Source: Planctomycetota bacterium
GTDB lineage: Bacteria; Planctomycetota; UBA1135; UBA2386
Direction: 5' to 3'
Assembly (NCBI GenBank): GCA_049889335.1
Contig: JBMHDP010000237.1
Coordinates: 1-38,015, forward strand
Length of the DNA: 38,015 nt
This document shows positions 35,299 through 38,015 of the stretch, in pieces. Positions within the stretch are counted from its first letter, which is position 1, and every line of letters starts with the position of its first letter. A program made the position numbers and the translations under genes. The notes beneath the pieces were generated by a model. It saw nothing but the letters and a program-made list of their open reading frames with translations, was not told where the DNA came from and did not search any database.

Positions 35299-35571
35299 AT
35301 GCGACTCTGTCCTTCCCACGACGGCTCTGCGTCTCCGCTGATCACACACCGGATCGGGGCCGACGTGTGCCTGTCCCGTCAGAGCGGCAACTTCCACAAG
35401 TGCCATCGCTGTGTCTACCGGGGTCAGTCGGCCGATTGGCAGCCGGAGGAAGAGGTCGCGTTCCGCGTCACCCAGGGCGAGGACCCGGCGCCAAGTGACG
35501 TCAAGCGCGTCGAGATCCCGCGTCCGAGCGCGCCGAAGCCGCAGCCGCAGCAGGCCTCCGCGAACGGCTAG
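35299..35571 (+). CDS. small hypothetical protein with CxxH ... CxxC arrangement (possible zinc-binding) and Pro/Gln-rich tail
   Basis: 90 aa. The frame has mostly G/C third positions, and LCPSH ... HKCHRC is present. No family was recognised and the start is uncertain. Confidence 0.35.
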   Translation: MRLCPSHDGSASPLITHRIGADVCLSRQSGNFHKCHRCVYRGQSADWQPEEEVAFRVTQGEDPAPSDVKRVEIPRPSAPKPQPQQASANG

Positions 35572-35600
35572 GGGCCGTCGCAGGGCGCATCCGAGCGCGC

Positions 35601-35963
35601 TCAGTCCCGATAGCGGGCGAGCACCTGGCGGAGCGCGCGGTCCGCGTGCTCGTACTCCGTCGCCAGGCGCGGCGCCAGCGCCTTGGACTCTTTGAGCCGG
35701 CGCGAGCGGGTCGAGGTCTGAAGCCGTTCGCAGACGTCCTGGACGAGGCGTGCGCCGAGGGTCCCGGACGAGCCCTTGAGCGAGTGGGCGGCGCGCTCCG
35801 CCTTCTCGAAGTCGCCGGTCGCGAGGCCTTCCTCGACCGCAGCGACCTTGGAAGGGCTGTCGTCCAGGAACATCTGGATCAGGTCCAGCAGCAGCTCGGG
35901 GTCGCCGTCGGCTGCGTACGACAGGAGCTCATCCAGTACTGCGTGGTCCAGAACGTCTTGCAT
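35601..35963 (-). CDS. standalone histidine phosphotransfer (Hpt) domain protein
   Basis: 120 aa. LIQMFLDDSPSKV..GDFEKAERAAHSLKGSSGTLGA is the Hpt signature (HSLKGSS). A GGAGG lies 5 nt upstream of the ATG. Confidence 0.8.
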   Translation of the reverse strand: MQDVLDHAVLDELLSYAADGDPELLLDLIQMFLDDSPSKVAAVEEGLATGDFEKAERAAHSLKGSSGTLGARLVQDVCERLQTSTRSRRLKESKALAPRLATEYEHADRALRQVLARYRD

Positions 35964-36055
35964 GTGCCTCCGTCAGGCGAGATCGACCCGCTGCGGGCGC
36001 AACTTGATCCTGGAAGGAGACGCTCGGCTGCGCCCGTTGGCATGGCAGCGACGCC

Positions 36056-37279
36056 TCAGGCGCCGGCGGCAGCGGCGCGGACCTCGTCGTCCGTGAGCAG
36101 GCGCTTGCTGGACTTGCCGGCGTCCAGGACCCGCCCGACGACCTCGTCGGTGGGGTCGATCCCGAGCCGCTCGAGCACGAACGAGGCGTTGCTGCGCCCG
36201 GCCATGGGCCCGACCGCGATCTTCTGCTCGAGGCCGACCATGTGGGCCGGGACGCCCGAGTAGACGGAGTCGGCGAGCTCGGTGTCGCCCTTTCGGAAGG
36301 CCTTGATCACGGCCGCGGCGTGCACGCCGGTGCCGGTCTCGAACGCGTCCTTGCCGAGCACGGGGTAGTTGTGCGGGATCTCGACCTCCAGCGCTTCGGC
36401 GGCGGCCTCGACGTAGCCCGGCAGCGTGGTCAGGTCGTTGTCGATCCAGCCGAGCAGGCGGCAGTTGACCAGCAGCTGGTCCATCGGCGCGTTGCCGGCG
36501 CGCTCGCCGACGCCGAGCGCCGTGCCGTGCACGCGGTCCGCGCCGGCTTCGATCGCCGCGAGGCTGTTGGCGATGCCGAGGTCGCGGTCGCGGTGACCGT
36601 GCCAGTCGACGCCGATCGTCGCGTCGTGCTCGTCCGCGAGCGCGCGCACGAACCGGACGACGGCCGCCGCGCCGGGCGGGGTGGCGTGGCCGACCGTGTC
36701 GCAGACGCAGAGCCGCCGCGCGCCGAGCTCGATGGCCGTCGAGTAGAGGGCCCGCACCGTGTCGGGCATCGCGCGCGTCGTGTCCTCGGTGACGTACATC
36801 ACCGGCAGGTCGTGGTCGCGGGCGAAGCGGAGGGCGTCGCGCGTGTTCTGCAGCATCCGTTCGAGCGTCCAGTCCTCCGCGTACTGGCGGATGTAGCTGC
36901 TCCCGATGAAGGCGCACACCTCGATCGGGATGCCCGCCTTCTGGGTCATCTCGACGACCGGCTCGATGTCGCTGACCACGGTGCGGCAGGCGACGTTGAC
37001 GCCGATCTTGAGGCCGTTGTCCGCGATGTGCTTGGCGAGCTTGAGGATGTCCTCACGCGGGCGGCCGCCGGCGCCGGGGAGGCCGACGTTGGCGGTGTGG
37101 ATACCCAGCTTGTCCATGCGCTCGATCAGGTCGATCTTGAGGTCGAGCGACGGGTCGCTGACCGCCGGCGACTGCAGGCCGTCGCGAAGGGTCTCGTCGT
37201 CGAATTGCAGCGGGCGGCTCGGCTTGAAGCTGCCGTCGGTCTGGTTCCAGTCGTGGATGAGGTCCGCGATGCGTTCCAT
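36056..37279 (-). CDS. HMGL-like aldolase of the 2-isopropylmalate / homocitrate / citramalate synthase family (short form, no LeuA regulatory domain)
   Basis: ATG 37279 is used; the track start 37300 is TTG. FDDETLRDGLQSP.., VCDTVGHATP, HGHRDRDLGIANSLAAIEAGADRVHGTALGVGERAGNAP is the DRE-TIM metallolyase pattern. Confidence 0.8.
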   Translation of the reverse strand: MERIADLIHDWNQTDGSFKPSRPLQFDDETLRDGLQSPAVSDPSLDLKIDLIERMDKLGIHTANVGLPGAGGRPREDILKLAKHIADNGLKIGVNVACRTVVSDIEPVVEMTQKAGIPIEVCAFIGSSYIRQYAEDWTLERMLQNTRDALRFARDHDLPVMYVTEDTTRAMPDTVRALYSTAIELGARRLCVCDTVGHATPPGAAAVVRFVRALADEHDATIGVDWHGHRDRDLGIANSLAAIEAGADRVHGTALGVGERAGNAPMDQLLVNCRLLGWIDNDLTTLPGYVEAAAEALEVEIPHNYPVLGKDAFETGTGVHAAAVIKAFRKGDTELADSVYSGVPAHMVGLEQKIAVGPMAGRSNASFVLERLGIDPTDEVVGRVLDAGKSSKRLLTDDEVRAAAAGA

Positions 37280-37514
37280 GGGGCGAGCATTATGCCGCAA
37301 CGCCCCGACGCGAAACCGCTCGATTGGAGAAGTTACGGGCGCGACCGCTGCCGTCGCGGCTGCGTCCGCGCGCCGCCTCGGCGTGCGCTCTGCGGCCGGA
37401 TCGGCGATGCTTCGTCCACGGAGTTCTGCGGCGTCGCGGCGGTCCTGGCCGCGCTCGCGCGCGACGCGGTCGCCGCGAGCCGGCGCGGACCGCTCCTCCT
37501 CCAGTCCTGATAGC

Positions 37515-37550
37515 CCAGACGGCGACGATGATCCAGACGGCGACGATGAT
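37515..37550. repeat. perfect 2 x 18-bp tandem duplication CCAGACGGCGACGATGAT spanning the putative lepB start codons
   Basis: Read directly from the sequence: 37515..37532 equals 37533..37550. Confidence 0.9.
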
Positions 37551-38015
37551 GACGACGGTGCGCGACGCGGTCTGCGTCGCCGCGGTCGCCGTGCTCACCG
37601 TTCAAGGTCTGCGGCGCTTCGTCGGGGACCGCTACCTCGTGCCGTCGGACAGCATGCAGCCGGTCCTCTACGGCGACCCGACCGCAGGGGACGTCGTGTT
37701 CGTCGACAAGCTCGCCCGCGCGGCGGACTACGGCCGCGGCGACCTCGTCGTGGTCGCCAACCCGGAGGCGCCGGGGCGACAGCTCGTGAAGCGCGTCGTG
37801 GCGTCCGGCGACGAGGAGCGCTGCTGGGTCGACATCCGCAAGGGCGACGTCTGGCTGGGCGAGGACGCGCAGCGGATGCGGCGCGAGGTCAAGGAGCCGC
37901 GCGCGGCGATGACGCGGAGCGTGACCTGGGCGGTCGCCGGCGCGCCGGGCGCCTCGCGCGCGCTGCTCGACCTGAGCGCGGCCGTCGCGGCCGACGGCGG
38001 CTGGCGCCTGCCGCC
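37528..38015 (+). CDS. lepB: signal peptidase I (S26), 3' end beyond window
   Basis: Not in the ORF track because it runs off the right edge. The frame-1 read is MIQTATMMTTVRDAVCVAAVAVLTVQGLRRFVGDRYLVPSDSMQPVLYGD..GDVVFVDK..RGDLVVVANP..LVKRVVASGDE. It carries the S26 motifs SM.P.L, RGD.VV and KRV.g..GD. The start could instead be 37546 or 37549. Confidence 0.7.
   Translation, partial: MIQTATMMTTVRDAVCVAAVAVLTVQGLRRFVGDRYLVPSDSMQPVLYGDPTAGDVVFVDKLARAADYGRGDLVVVANPEAPGRQLVKRVVASGDEERCWVDIRKGDVWLGEDAQRMRREVKEPRAAMTRSVTWAVAGAPGASRALLDLSAAVAADGGWRLP

Noticed and set aside
37290-37605. Minus-strand ORFs 37290..37598 and 37333..37605 with repeated IIVAVW / HRRRLD peptides.
   Set aside because: The repeats are just the reverse translation of the 18-bp tandem duplication. 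The ORFs are Arg-rich shadows overlapping the lepB 5' region and its upstream gap.

Overview
The window is visibly very GC-rich (roughly 70% G+C by eye, not computed). It is a gene-dense chromosomal segment from a diderm bacterium and covers the replication-initiation neighbourhood. The lineage cannot be fixed from sequence alone.

A long co-directional plus-strand run spans 1132..18910: pyrF, bshC, bshB, a Soj/ParA ATPase, an acidic His-less protein with a degenerate histidine-kinase-like ATPase C-terminus, bshA, a class-V cysteine desulfurase, dnaA, a ~700-bp non-coding gap that is the oriC candidate, dnaN, a DUF721/DciA-type gene, gyrB, a VOC/glyoxalase protein, a PqiB-like double-MCE protein, a fused MlaF-MlaE ABC transporter, and a standalone MshEN/T2SSE_N-domain protein.

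Next come a minus-strand tatA-DUF2007-membrane protein trio, ettA, a FUN14-like membrane protein and a DUF481 outer-membrane barrel. A minus-strand envelope operon follows: HIT-like protein, kdsD, kdsC, a 989-aa LptC/LptA-position protein, then lptD. The window ends with fmt-rsmB, two hypotheticals, a sugar-phosphate isomerase-type TIM barrel, an orphan Hpt protein, a short isopropylmalate/homocitrate-synthase-family enzyme and the 5' part of lepB. The left edge carries a truncated pntA that is absent from the ORF track.

I saw no rRNA, tRNA, CRISPR array, transposase, integrase or phage genes. This is core housekeeping DNA, not an accessory island.

Points worth a second look:
- An in-frame TAG replaces the invariant Tyr near the N-terminus of an otherwise intact gyrB.
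- A ParA plus degenerate-kinase-like pair is wedged inside the bacillithiol gene set.
- The dnaA-dnaN gap has a dense GTTTC/GAAAC motif cluster, a hairpin and an AT-rich palindrome, but almost no canonical DnaA boxes.
- The MCE protein carries an apparently inactive trypsin-like C-terminal domain and sits next to the MlaFE fusion.
- A giant single polypeptide occupies the lptC-lptA slot.

Most long ORFs antisense to these genes are GC-rich shadow ORFs and were discarded.
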